Source: Rhina ancylostomus
Lineage: Eukaryota
Direction of reading: 5' to 3'
DNA length: 64,000 nt
Assembly: GCA_030265395.1 (NCBI GenBank)
Contig: JARFYF010000029.1
Coordinates: forward strand, 17,361,587 to 17,425,586
The first letter of the stretch is position 1, and each line of letters starts with the position of its first letter. Position numbers and translations under genes: made by a program. The notes beneath the pieces were generated by a model, which saw only the letters and a program-made list of their open reading frames with translations, did no database searches and was not told where the DNA came from. Shown here in pieces: positions 23,791-36,300 of this stretch.

Positions 23791-25353
23791 CCCACGTGTG
23801 CTTGTTGTGGTAATGCTCATGTTCCACAGAAGACTTAGAACAGCAAAGAGCACAAACATTATCGACATAGTATCTGAACCAGCGAAAGTAGAAGGTCAAG
23901 CCAAAAGCAGATAAGAATGGAAACATTAACTTCCTGCCAGGTGGTTTGGTACAAGCCATGGCTGTGTGGTACACCAGGGACAAAGCAGGCGGTGCTGAAT
24001 CTGTGACTAACCTGGGCACAAAGCAGCTCCCAACAAAGCAATGGTCTGCTGAAACTGTGGGAAGGAGAGTCATCATTCACACGATTGCCAGAAGGCCAAA
24101 TACNNNNNNTGTCAGGAGGCAGGTCACCTCTTCCAAACGAGCCCAAACTACAGATGCCATTAAGTCCAGAGGGTGAGACAAGTTAAGACACAGGAGTTGA
24201 ATGCAGCTCCTCCAATGTGACCAGAACTCCAGCCCCCACATCACCCCAGGTGACAAATGACACATTGAGGAGGAGAAAGAAGAGAATCCAGAGTAACAAG
24301 ACAACATGGAGGAGGAATAGTATGAACTCCCAACAACTACCTCAAGCCTGGTGTAGAGGCCTCCAAGGAGATGGAAAATGATCCAGTGGTTGATGTGTGC
24401 TGCTTCAGACAGGGAGGAAAAGAAAAGCTCAGAAATCCAGAGGTGCTAATATCTTAAACAGTAAAGTTTTAAGGAGACTGACAAAGGGAACAACACAACA
24501 TGGGAGGAAAAGAAGGGGATACTGACAGTGCTTCACAGCAAAGGCAAGAGCAACAGCACCAAGGCACCCTTCACTGGGAATCCAGGAGTAGTGTAGAGGA
24601 GGACACATCCCAGCTCTGGGAATTCGGGAATAGCCATCTTGTAAACAAAGGTCAAGAATTGACTTCAAATGGAACCAAGCAGGTTATACCCCAGCAAAAC
24701 TGCCTTCTTTACTGCGGTAGAACTCAGCAGCCGACAGAAATCAACCCTTACCTCAGTGCTGAGGAGCTGCATAGTATGAGGGTACTGATGTCAGTTTAGA
24801 ACATATATTCACACTAAAATGGACTTAAGGAATGCACTCCATCAGATGCGCATTTGTTGCAGCTTTGGGATCCCTTGCCAGAGTTTTTATTTTGAGGGAG
24901 TGCAGCTTACTGCACTTCAGCAACTATGGCCACTGGTTGCAGTGGTCCCACAGCCAAACCAACCTGATCAGGGATCAATGGCAATCATTCATCTGACTTG
25001 GGTATATTTCTGCAGGGAGACTAGTTCATTGTCACTTGAAGGCAAAAAGGTAGCAGACATAATCATAAAGGAAAATGATGTCATGCTGACATAATGATGC
25101 AAATGGAATAAAATGGTGACATGAATTATACACAGTATATCTGCAAATTTTATGAATAAAGTAATACTTTAGGAAATAGAAGCATCATCATCTTTTAATG
25201 TGCTTACTTTAATTGGTGGTGTAGATTGGTTAGTTTGCTGTCAATTTTTTCCTCTGCACACAGACAAGAATTCTGTTGGGATACATCTCCAAAGTTAAGT
25301 GTTAGAACTTTTTAAATAGGCTATTGATAATGGTTGCCGTAACTACAAATAAA

Positions 25354-25653
25354 GGGCAGGCACGGTAGTGTAGTGGTTAGCGTAACGCAATTACAGCACC
25401 AGCAACCCGGGTTCAATTCCAGCCGCTGTCTGTAAGGAATTTGTACGTTTTCCCTGTGTCTGCGTGGATTTCCTCTGGGTGCTCCGGTTTCCTCCCACAT
25501 TCCAAAGACGTACAGGTTAGGAAGTTGTGGGCATGCTCTGTTGGCGCCGGAAGTGTGGCGACACTTGCGGGCTGCCCCCAGAACACTCTACACAAAAGAT
25601 GCATTTCACTCTGTGTTTCGATGTACATGTGACTAATAAAGATATCTTATCTT
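25354..25653 (+). mobile_element. Near full-length tRNA-derived V-SINE with Rex1-like tail
   Basis: Pol III A-box-like TAGTGTAGTGGTT and B-box GGTTCAATTCC; V-domain GGATTTCCTCTGGGTGCTCCGGTTTCCTCCCACATTCCAAAGAC; tail GTACATGTGACTAATAAAGATATCTTATCTT. Confidence 0.85.
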
Positions 25654-28413
25654 AAACCTGATTACTTTTCCCTTGCCTTTTTATTTGCTTCTCAGGGATG
25701 GTGAGGGTGGTGACCAGCCTTGGACAGTGAACTTTATTAAATTTTTCCACACCTGGAGTATTCTAGTGCTAAGTCTGAGAGGCTATTCGTGGTGCCCTAT
25801 TAGTGCACTAATCAGACCAATTAATTCATTTAAAAATCTGGGATTGAAGCTAAAGTCTCATCAGGTGTATTTTTTATTACCAACTCATAGCATATCAACA
25901 ATTAGGATGTCAGACCCATGGCTAGCCTTGGTTGTTGTTTACAGGTATTTAAACATACACATAATTGCAGTGTTTTAAATGCATTTGCTTGAAACAATTG
26001 CATTAATGCAAAATATTAGTAGTATGATTGGTTCCATGTAAGTTTCAGATGATAAAATGGACTGAATATATTACAAACTGATATTTTTCAAATATTGTTA
26101 AGGACAGATTTACATTTCAAAAAGTAGTTCAGTGGCTTTAAAGTGCTTTGAGATATGCTGAGGTCATAAAATATGCCACTTAACTTCAGGTCTTATTCCT
26201 GCTGTAAAGAGAGTAAAGATGGTGATGCGGTGCAAATCTGTGGAGTGGAAGGAAAGGAAAAAAGTTTGACTTATAATATTTAATACGTATGTTGTTAATT
26301 TTGGCTGGAATAACTGAGATGGCACAGAAGAGGATGATGTAACCAACAGTTGAATCGTCCAAAAGTGCAACTTCTGCTTTAGTTTGTTCTGTGATGAGAT
26401 TGCCAAAGGCAAGGTTACACTTAATGCTATTCCTTAGGTGCCTTAGGTTTTTCTTTATGTGTAGTTGGTATTGGTATTCATGTAACAGAAATTTTACCTG
26501 CCACATGAAAGTACAGACTTGGATGTTGTCCATATCCTTCTGTAGGCTGACACAAACTACTTCATGACTTTATAAGTACAGCTGGAAATTAGTCATCGGT
26601 GAATAGCTCCACACCTGGCATGAGGGTGGAGAAAAAATTATGGATTAATCAGCTAAAAGTGGTTGAACCAGGCATCCTACCAGCAAAGACAATTGCAACA
26701 ATGCCCTAGAGCTAATGTGATTGATTGTTCTCCAATTATTAACAGCCATCTTCTCCACATCTCATTAACCTTAATTTTGCTGGTGGTAATTCTTGGTGCT
26801 TTAATCACTCAGATGGTACCTTAATGTTGAGGGAAGTCAGCCTTCCATTTCTTCTCGGATTGAACTTTACTCCCCCATGACTGGATCAAGGTTATAGTAA
26901 ACTAAAAAGCACACATTGAGTTCTGATGAAAGGTCACCAACCTGAAGCTTTAGGTCAGATCATCCTGAATCCTTCATGCCATTCAGTGTTGCCACCTGCA
27001 CATATTGACCTAATTCAGCTGTATGTCTTGACCCAGGTGACAAATCTCAGCAGTGATTAGACCCATGTGATGTTGTGTGGAGGTGCCACCTCTGGAACAA
27101 CCCCAACAGGCCTTGATGAGAAAGCATGCCTGGAGAAAGAGCTTCACCAAATATCAAAGGTGTTGAGAATATTAATGATCTTTAAATATCTCTGACATTT
27201 AGGCACAGGTAAAAACTATCAAAATTTTTTAAAGTTCTTACAGTCATAAAGGTAATTAAAACCCTAAAACATTTAGAAACAACAAAATGCCTTAAACTAA
27301 AGTAAAATAATTAAAAATATTACTAACCTTCCCCTTTGTCTCTTAATCTTTGCCTGGAATCCCCAATTGTCAGGTCTGATCGGAATAAGATTTGGGAAGC
27401 AATTTTCCATCAAACCTGGGCTCCACCTCGGAACTCCATGGAGTCCATCAGTGGAGCTTAATGACAGGTAGCACCACATNNNNNNNNNNCATCTGTCACA
27501 GTAAGTCTTGGTCTTCAACATTCGGCAGCACATGCGTGAAAGTCTGAGATTTACTGACTGTAAACCTGTGATTAGAACTGACCACTTCAGCTCAGGAAGA
27601 TTCACTCTCTTGACTCTGCTCTCTCAACACAGGCTGCCTGGCCTTTCTTACTATTTCTAGGAATTTTTGTTTTATCTTTAGTAAGTAGGAATCTGGTGGA
27701 ACCTGTACTGATTATCATAGAGAAGGACATTATTGAGATGATGTTGTTTGATAGGCTTGTGTCACCTTCTTCCCTACATTGATGATTGGAAGGAAGTTGG
27801 TAGGGTGGTAGTTAACAGAGTTTAATGAAAAGTCAGCCAATTCAAACTTAGAGTTAACATGTACAATGGACCAAGATTCATGTGTTAGCCAGACCACATT
27901 TATGGGTGGGAGGCTATAAATGATTGATTTGAGATTATAGTCATTTTTCCTGTGTGACTTGAGTTAAAGACATCTGGATTGTTTGTTAAATATTATAGTC
28001 ATTATGCTGCTGTTGTAGTATTCATAGTGGCAGATTGCTGATAGCGTAAGCTTGGGTACGAATGCATGTTGAAACGGTGTACATATTCATTTATAGGCAG
28101 CGTCCCATTCCATAAGTTGATGATTTGCTGTTGCTGGTCAGTTTTGTGTTGAACATTGTCTGATGTGGNNNNNNNNNNCAGAACCTCAAACTGGCACGGC
28201 AATTTCTGCCACACTTGCTGCAAGTGATGACGGTGCTGAGCAGCTGCCGAATTTGCCGTTTTCTCACACCGTCTCAGTCACTTCTTTTTGCCCTCTGTAT
28301 ACTCCTTTACCATCATGATGTTGATCATACACTATACCTGAACAAAGTCAGCCAGAGCGACAAATCCAGGCACCCACTCATTCCAACTAGCCTTGTCAAT
28401 GGCAAAGTTCGGC

Positions 28414-29217
28414 AAGAGCAGGAGGGGAGGGCAGTAAGGGAGGGAGATGAAGATCAGAGTGAAAAACAGGGGAGATAGGAGGGGTTGGGGAGATAGTGAA
28501 AGGAAGGGAGGGTCCACAATTCTGTGGACATCAAAATGTCAGTCACCTGACTAATGGGTGGAAAAGTGCAAAACTCTGCAAACGTTCCCAGCAGACCCCT
28601 GGAAAGAACGAAAGGTGAAGAAGTTGAGGGCTGTTGTCACTTTCACAGCTGTTGGTCATTAGGTCCAACAGGAAGCAGTCTTAAGCCAAGATGCTGCTAG
28701 CATTTCTCACCACTACTATGATATTTTGTGCTTCCTCAGATACTTGGAAACTCAGCTTCCATCTGTAGACACCAAGAATAGGGTGTCCCTCAGAGGGAAG
28801 AATTCCCACCGACTGTTCCCAGAGGTTCCTTCCGGGTGGATCACTCTGAGGTAAATTTAAGTTACTTAAAAGCTCGTGGTAGGCCAACAAATACCATCCC
28901 AGTCATTCATCATGGGGCTGGCAGGGGAATTGATCTTTTATGTTAGTTGCCTGGGTCAGCAATATTAGGTGGGAAAAGGGAGACCTGAACTGATATTGTG
29001 TGGTGCAACCAATTTCCCATCCAATATGGAAGTGTTGTGAACCAGATATTTGCTTTCACCTTTCTCTCCTTCTGAATCCTACCCTTCAAGTGTTTACCCC
29101 AAACTTTCCCTCCCTCTATTCCATTCCTTCCATTCACTGTCTTCCCTACCTCGTCCTATCTCCCCTGTTTTCCACACTGTTCACCTCCCTCCCTTACTGT
29201 TCTCCCCTCCTGCTTTT
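28414..29217. repeat. Imperfect inverted repeat, ~90-bp purine/pyrimidine arms (28414-28506 and 29126-29217), ~620-bp spacer
   Basis: The reverse complement of the left arm (TCCTATCTCCCCTGTTTTTCACTCTGATCTTCATCTCCCTCCCTTACTGCCCTCCCCTCCTGCT) aligns to the right arm (TCCTATCTCCCCTGTTTTCCACACTGTTCACCTCCCTCCCTTACTGTTCTCCCCTCCTGCT). Confidence 0.85.
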
Positions 29218-30259
29218 CCTCCCCCTACCCAGTCACTCCCTCTCCTACCCCTCTTCTACTTCCCTCCCTTTCCCTCCTTCTTCCCTTCTCCTTCTTCCTT
29301 CAGTAACAATAGCTGTTAGTTAGTCATGATTTGGATGGTTAGAGCCGGGTACATGGGGCTTGTGAGCAGGTTGTGTTGGTGGGCACATCATGTAGCTGGA
29401 GAGGCCTGCTTTGCATTGCAGGGAAGGATTCTTAGAAGCAGTTCCAGAAGTGCCTGCTGAGAGGATGGCTGTAAAGTAATTTCCAATTTATATTTGAGGT
29501 CAGCAGTGCGTCAACATTGCTTGCTGCTGAGATCAAAAACCTGCTCGTTGTGTTCTTCCTGGCTTAGGGCTTGATCTTTGTGGACACAGGTCAAGAAACC
29601 AAATGTGAAATAGGGCACCCTCTTCTGATGTTGTGCAAGACAGACAATTTCCTATTTACGGGATTCTCCATTCAATGTGGAAATATTGGCAACCCTACCT
29701 GTGCGTCCTTCTGAGGAATGGCCCTTCTTTTGATCCCCTCTTCTCTGTACAACAGCTGATAGTGAGGAAGAGCCTGGTGTTGTTCCTGAGACTCCTTTCT
29801 CCTTGGCCTTTATTCCCAGGACCCATTTTGTGTGTTTTTCTGTTTGAGTTTTCCTGTGTTTTAACATGACTTTATTTAAAATGCCAGTAAAATACTTAAA
29901 GAGCTGTCCTCGCTATCCAGCTGCTGCTGTTGTTTGTGGACCGTGCTGGGTTTTATAGTATTGCAGTGTGGCCATGGTGTAAAATGCAATGAAAGAGTAG
30001 ACTGCTCCAAACTGTTGAAAGTGAACAGCAAAGTTTACAAGGTTACCAAACATTCCTAAGCAAACATTCACACCAGTTTCAGTGAAGGTAACCTTTCACA
30101 AGATCATTCAAGAGAGCAGGTACAAGCCAGCAGAGTTTACTATCGGATCTCCATGTTAACCCATCAGTCTGATATATTTGGGGTTTCTCAGGTGAATTCC
30201 AGAAAACTTCTGCACATGGCGTTAAAATCCCAAACTCTTGTTAACTAGGGAATGATAAC

Positions 30260-30520
30260 ATAGATAAGTTACTGCGCTAATAATCCAGAGGCCTGAGTTA
30301 AAAATACAGTGACATGAGTTTAGCTGTTTAATTTAAATAATTTATGAAATTATGTGAGATTACTATTAAGGCAAATGTTGTCTCAATAATTGTGATCACA
30401 AAATGACTGGATTGTCATAAGAATTATCTGGTTCCAACAGGAAAGGAAATTTACCATTCTTATCTAGTCTGGTCATTGTGTTGCACTTAATCTGCCCTCA
30501 ACTAGTCACTTAGTTGTATC
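30260..30520 (+). mobile_element. Decayed copy of the SINE family seen at 41370-41735
   Basis: TAATCCAGAGGCCTG...CTGGATTGTCATAAGAATTATCTGGTTC...GAAAGGAAATTTACCATTCTTATCTAGTCTGG. Confidence 0.55.
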
Positions 30521-30789
30521 AAAGGTAATATTTTAAAACAAAAAATGTGGGATATTAGAAGACCAAGGGCACTGAATACAACAAAGAGCAGACAACATGC
30601 CAGTTGTAGCATTCAAGATTTGAATTCCATAACTAACTGTGCCTTTAGCTGAGCTGTTCCCACACAATTACAACTTTGTAGAAATGTATTCAGTAAGTCC
30701 TCTCAACAAAAAGCTGAGCAGAATTATATTTGTCCTATCAGTCTACTCTCGAACATCAGCAAATGGTGGAAAGTATCGTCAACAGTTTA

Positions 30790-32890
30790 CGAATAGGGAG
30801 GTTTTGTTACAGTTGCCCAAGGTGCTGGTGAGGCCACACTTGGAACACTGTGCACTGTTTTGGTCCATTTACCTAAAAAAGGATGCAGTAGGATTGGAGG
30901 AGGTCCAAAGGAGATTCACCAGGCTAATTTCTAGGATGAGATTAGATGAGAGATATGTCCCATAAAGAGAGGCTCATATTCCTTGGAATTTACAAGAATG
31001 GGGGAGGATCTTATTCAAAAATACAAGATCCCAAGGGGGCTTGACAGGGTAGGTGTTGAGATGTTTCCACGAGTGGGAGAGTCATGAACAAGGAAACAGA
31101 GCTAATAAATAAGTAGCGGGTCATTTAAAACTGATGTGCACAGAGATTTCTTGTTTTAGAGGGTAATGAATCTCTGGAATTCTCTGCCCCTGTGGCTGGA
31201 GAAGGCCAGATCATTAGAGTCATAGAGTTGTACAGCAAAGAAATGGGCCTTCAGCCCATCTGGTCCATGCCATAAATGATGGCTGTCTATGCTAATCCCA
31301 TTTGGCCACTTAGGCCCGTATCCCTTTACTCCTTTCCTATCCCATTACTTGTCCAAATGTCTTTTAAATGCCATATTTGTATCTGCCTCTTCACTTCCTC
31401 TGGCAGCTCGTTCCATACCTTCTGCCTATCTCCAAGCTAGGCTGTGTGGAAAAATTTGCCCTTGAGATCTCTTTAAACTTCTCCCCTTTCACCTTACACC
31501 TAGGCCTTCATGCACTATGGCCTATACCTTTAGACTCCCTACTATAGGAAAAGAGACTGACTCTCTATCCTACCTATGCTCTCATAATTTTATAAACCTC
31601 GTTAACTTTATAAACCCCTCAGCCTCCTAGGTTCCAGTGAGAATAAGCCCAGCCTATCAATCTCTCCTTAACTAAAGTAAAGCCCTCCATTCTAGGCAAC
31701 ATCCTGGTGAATCTCTTCTGCACTCTTTCTAGTGCAACCACATCCTTCAAGTAGTGTGGCAATCACACCTGTACACAATACTTTAAGTGTGGCCTGACTA
31801 ATGTTTCGTATAGCTGTAACGTGACATCCCAACTCTCTTCTCGATGCCTCAGCCCATGAAGGCAAGCATGTAGAATGCCTTCTTTACTACCCTATCCACC
31901 TGAGTTGCAGTTTTCAGGGAGCTATGAACTCTGTGCAGTTCCTGCAATTTACTATATATGTCCTGGTCGTATTTGAAGTCACAAGATGCATTACCTCAAA
32001 CTCGTCTGGAATAAATTCCATCTGTCTCTGCTCTGCCCAACTTTCTAACTAATCTATATCCCTCGGTATCCTTTCACACCTTCTTTGCTATCTACTACTC
32101 CACCAATTTTTGTGTCATCNNNNNNNNNNNNNNNNNNNNNNNNNNNNNNNNNNNNNNNNNNNNNNNNNNNNNNNNNNNNNCACTGGTTACAGAATTCCAC
32201 TCAGAGAAACACCTCTCAACCACTACCCTCCGCCTCCTATCTCTAAGCCAATTTTTGATCCATTTTGCCATCACACCTTGGGTCCCATGTGTCCTAACCT
32301 TCTGGAGCAGCTTATCTTGCAGGACTTTGTCCAAAACCCTTGCTAAAGTCCATGTAAACCATGTCTACCATGCTGTCTTCATCAATTTTCTTAACTCTTC
32401 AAAAAAAGGGATCAGATTCATGGGACCGAATTTCCCCTACACAAAACCACATTGACTCCTTGTAATCAGTCCCTGCCTTTCCAAGTGAGCATAAGTCCAT
32501 GTCCCTTAGAATTTTTTTCAATAATCTCCCTGCTACTCATGTAAGGCTCAGCAGCCTGTAGTTTCCTGGATTATTCTGACTGCTCTTTTTGAATAATGGA
32601 ATAATACTAACTATCTTCCAGTCTTCTAGTACCTCACCTGTGGCTAATGATATTGCAAAAATTTCCCGTTAGAGCACCAGCAATCTCATCCCTTGCTTCC
32701 CATTACATCCTGGAATTAGATTTAAAGGTGGAGATAGATAAATATTTGAAAGATCAAGGAATTGAGGGTTATGGGAAATTGGCACCGCAGAGGAGTTGAG
32801 GCCAATATTGATCAGCCATGATCATATTGAATAATGGGGCAGGCCTGAGGAACTGAGTGACTTACTCTTGCTCCTATTTTCTTGTGTTCA
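30790..32890 (+). mobile_element. CR1 LINE 3' part (30790-31218 + 32715-32890) split by an antisense CR1 insertion
   Basis: LVRPHLEHCALFWSIYLKKDAVGLEEVQRRFTRLI (CR1 ORF2 C-terminus); the sequence resumes after 32715. Confidence 0.85.
31219..32714 (-). mobile_element. 5'-truncated CR1 LINE (RT domain to 3' tail), nested
   Basis: Minus-strand DKVLQDKLLQKVRTHG..G...WIKNWLRDRRRRVVVERCFSEWNSVTS; 3' tail at ~31219-31270. Confidence 0.85.
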
Positions 32891-32899
32891 ATAGTACTA

Positions 32900-33350
32900 T
32901 CTAGCAGCACTTGCATGTCAATAATCTGTTCATGAAAACTCAGTTTGGGTTTATCCAGACTACCTGGCTCCAGACCTCATCATCCAAAGAGCTGTACTCT
33001 AGAGGTGTGGTAAGGGTGACTGTTCTTAACAACATTAAAGCAGTATTTCACTACTGTGGTATCAAGGAACCCTGATAAATATTAAATCAATGTGTACCTT
33101 GGGGAAAGCACTCCAGTGTTTGGCACCAAACCTTCCACAAAGGAAAGTGGTTGTGGATTTTGAAGGTCAATCATACCAGCCTCAGGACATTCCTGCAGGA
33201 ACTTCTCAAGGACAGTGTCCAACAACTACTTAATCAATGACCTTCCTTCCATCATCAGATCAGAAGGGGGAATATTCACTGACTGCACAATGTTCAGCTC
33301 CATTCCGCAGGTTCCCTTCCAAGCTACACATCATTCTGACTTGGAAATGT
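32900..33350 (+). mobile_element. Decayed RT fragment of a second LINE family (CR1/L2 group), followed by a CR1 tail at ~33355-33520
   Basis: CAGTTTGGGTTT...GCTCCAGACCTCAT...AGGGTGACTGTTCTTAACAACATTAAAGCAGTATTT (QFGF...APDL...RVT.L.IKA.F-like). Confidence 0.6.
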
Positions 33351-36300
33351 ATTTGGGAATTTGAGACAGAGATTTACAAAATGTTGGACATTAGGGGAAT
33401 CAAGAGATAGGGGTTAGTGCAGAAAAGTTGTGCTGAAGTAAAAGATCAGGCATGATCTTATTGAATGACAGAACAGGCTCAGAAGGGAAAATGGGCTCTG
33501 CCTGCTTCTATTTGTGTTCCTGCATCATCTCTGGTCTTGATCTGGAACTCATTACTGAGCTGTGGGAGTGCTATCACTGGAAGTACCTGTGGCTCCCCTT
33601 CATTCTCACAATGGGTAATAGTGATAAGCAGGAAGTGCTGGCCTTGCTGGCTGGCAATGCAAACATCCTGGAAAGTGAATTTCAAAAATCTTTCCCATTC
33701 TTGGGGTTGTGTGGAGGGTGTGGTGTTCCCCAACACAGACTCAATATTTCAGTAAAATACAGAAATTGGTAAGCTGACTTGGGGCTTCTGCAACATTGAC
33801 ACTTATAGTACATTTCAACCCTTCTCCATTGCTGAACTACTCATGAGTTAAAATTCTCTGAAAAGCCCTTAAGATTTACGTTTAAAGTACACAATAATCA
33901 GCAGCTGCATTTATAAACAAATAGTTTAATTCCAGATTGTTTTAAGGGTCTTGCAAAGTGAAAATAGTAATAAGTATTAAAAAGTCTTTTCAGATGGAAG
34001 TAATAATGCTACTGGTAGCTAATGCATTAGCTACCTTGGAAAGCAATGCATTATTAAAAGTCCATTTTCATGTTAACTTCAACATTTTTTCAGTTATGAT
34101 GTAAATAAGAGTCATACAGCTGGGAATCAGCCCATTCAGCGCACCACGTCCACACTGACCATTGGGCACCCATCAGTATTAATGCCATCTTCCAGCACTT
34201 GGTCCACAGCCTTCTATGCCTCAGTAATTCAAGTGCTTGTCTAGTCTCTTCTTAAATGCCATCAGCGACTTATTTCAAGTTGTAATCAGTTAAAAGACTG
34301 GAGCTCACCTGGACCAGAATCAGTAATGACTGTCTTAGAGCATAAACAGATTATGTTTTTAGTCAAATACTCCCAGCAGTTCAGTGGGTTTAGTTTTCCA
34401 ACACAGTTATTCTTTTGTTCGTGTAAAAATCTCTTTATTTCCCAGAGTCTTCTATTGTAGGTAGATATTTAGATGCCCTTTCTTATCTCCGATTGTATTA
34501 CATTAAGAAGCAAACAGGACAGCAACAGATTGAGGGGAAACAATTGAAACCCTGGCCTTAGCATTTATTAAGTATGTGGTTATATGGAGAAGAAGTTTGG
34601 AGCTTCTTGTTTCACCGGGTATCAAGACCATTCAGGGATGGACCCAGCTACAGAGAATTTCAAAAGGGCCTATGGTCACAACAGGTTACTCCCTTGGTGC
34701 CATGTGACCAGTGAGCTCAGACCAGCTCATCAGAAGGTCTGCCCAATGTTGCATGTCACTTGTTTCCTGAAAGTTGAGTGGGGACTATTTTCTAACTTCC
34801 ATCTCATCTTCTTTTAGAATTGACAACAAACAGCTGGTATGCTGTTGATTCAGGCTCTGAATCAAACCCTTCCCAAATCTACTAAAATGAAATTTATTCT
34901 ATAGAAGCTGAAAAGTCTACTTAAGTCAGATGAGGTTTTGGACGAACAATTGTTGAGGTGCAAGGCCAAAAATGTAAAAACTTTTTCAAATGGATGATTC
35001 AACTTTTTTTAGATTATAGATTGAGGTGACATCATGTCTGTGTAATTGCATGAAGCCTGAGTGGGTTCAGTTTATGAAATGCAGTAATGGTGACTTTATC
35101 GATGGAGGTGCCGAAATGAAACCCTCTCACAAGTTTCTCTAAAGAAAATGCTGCTCCTGGCTTTTACTGGAATCAGTACTAAAAGTTTGTTTCGGTTGAG
35201 GAGAATTTTTCAGGATGTTTAGTAGTTGAAATATAGTATTGGGTACCCTACCACTGAAGATGCTGTTATCCAGCATTTCTGGCTGTCCTAATAAAATTCT
35301 TAACTTTAATGCCAATTTAACTTAACATGAACCAACATTGTGCCCTCCTATTGATATGTGGTATTTACACTGTCATTATGTCCAGTTATAGAGTCACAGA
35401 GCACTACAGCACAGAAACAGGCCCTTCAGCCCATCTCATCTATACCAACCTGATCTTCTGTCCAGTCCCACTACCTGTACCCGGACCATATCCTCCAAAG
35501 CTCTCCCATCCAACTTATCCAAACCTATCCAAACTTCTCTTAAATGTTACAATTGACCCCACATCTACCACTTCCACTTACAGCTCATTCCACACTCGCA
35601 CCAGTTGTGGCAATGATTCCTATTCCTGGTGGAAGATATCTGGCAACCTAAAGGAATTCTAGTTATGAAAGATTTGAACCACATTATTCTCTGGAAAAGA
35701 CCAGATAATCTGAATCAAGGGCAAATCAATCATTGACCATTCTGACCAGCTTATTAATGTGATCTGCGGGGTTAAATCTGTCACTGTGTACTGAGAATAT
35801 TTCCACTTGGCTCTGGGTAATCTCAAATAGTTTCAGTACCTACAATTTCAACACCTGGATAAGTGCAATGTATCTTTATGTGGAAGGATTTCTTTAATGA
35901 GCAAACAGAAGCATTCACTGTGTATATTGCTCAGGTCTGTTTGTACACTTTTAGCCATCTAATGATCTTTTACACATCTTGACTGGAAGAAAAATGCTGA
36001 ACCAAGCCTCATCCATTGGAGTGACTGGAATTATTATATGATGCCTGGTTCATTGGTATTACATAGAACTATTGTCCTGAGAGAAACATGACTTTACTCC
36101 TGAGATGGGATTGGCACTTACTCTCCTGGGGCATGTTTAGTGAACATACTTAGGATATTGTCTATTTCAGTTATCAATATTTATAAAGAGACATGAAAAA
36201 AGCAGTTTCTCACAAGAGCCGAGTAAGTTATTGAGTAACCTGACAGAGGTCTTCAAAGAAATGAAGAGTTAAGAGGCTGCGGATAGGGATAGATTGCTTC

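Noticed and set aside
23800-25150. Purine-rich unique-looking region with short ORFs, possibly a decayed LTR-retrotransposon or DNA-transposon remnant
   Set aside because: No diagnostic motif could be read with confidence; needs a repeat-library search.
25354-25430. tRNA-like sequence with A and B boxes
   Set aside because: It is the head of a V-SINE, continuous with the V-domain; no complete cloverleaf.
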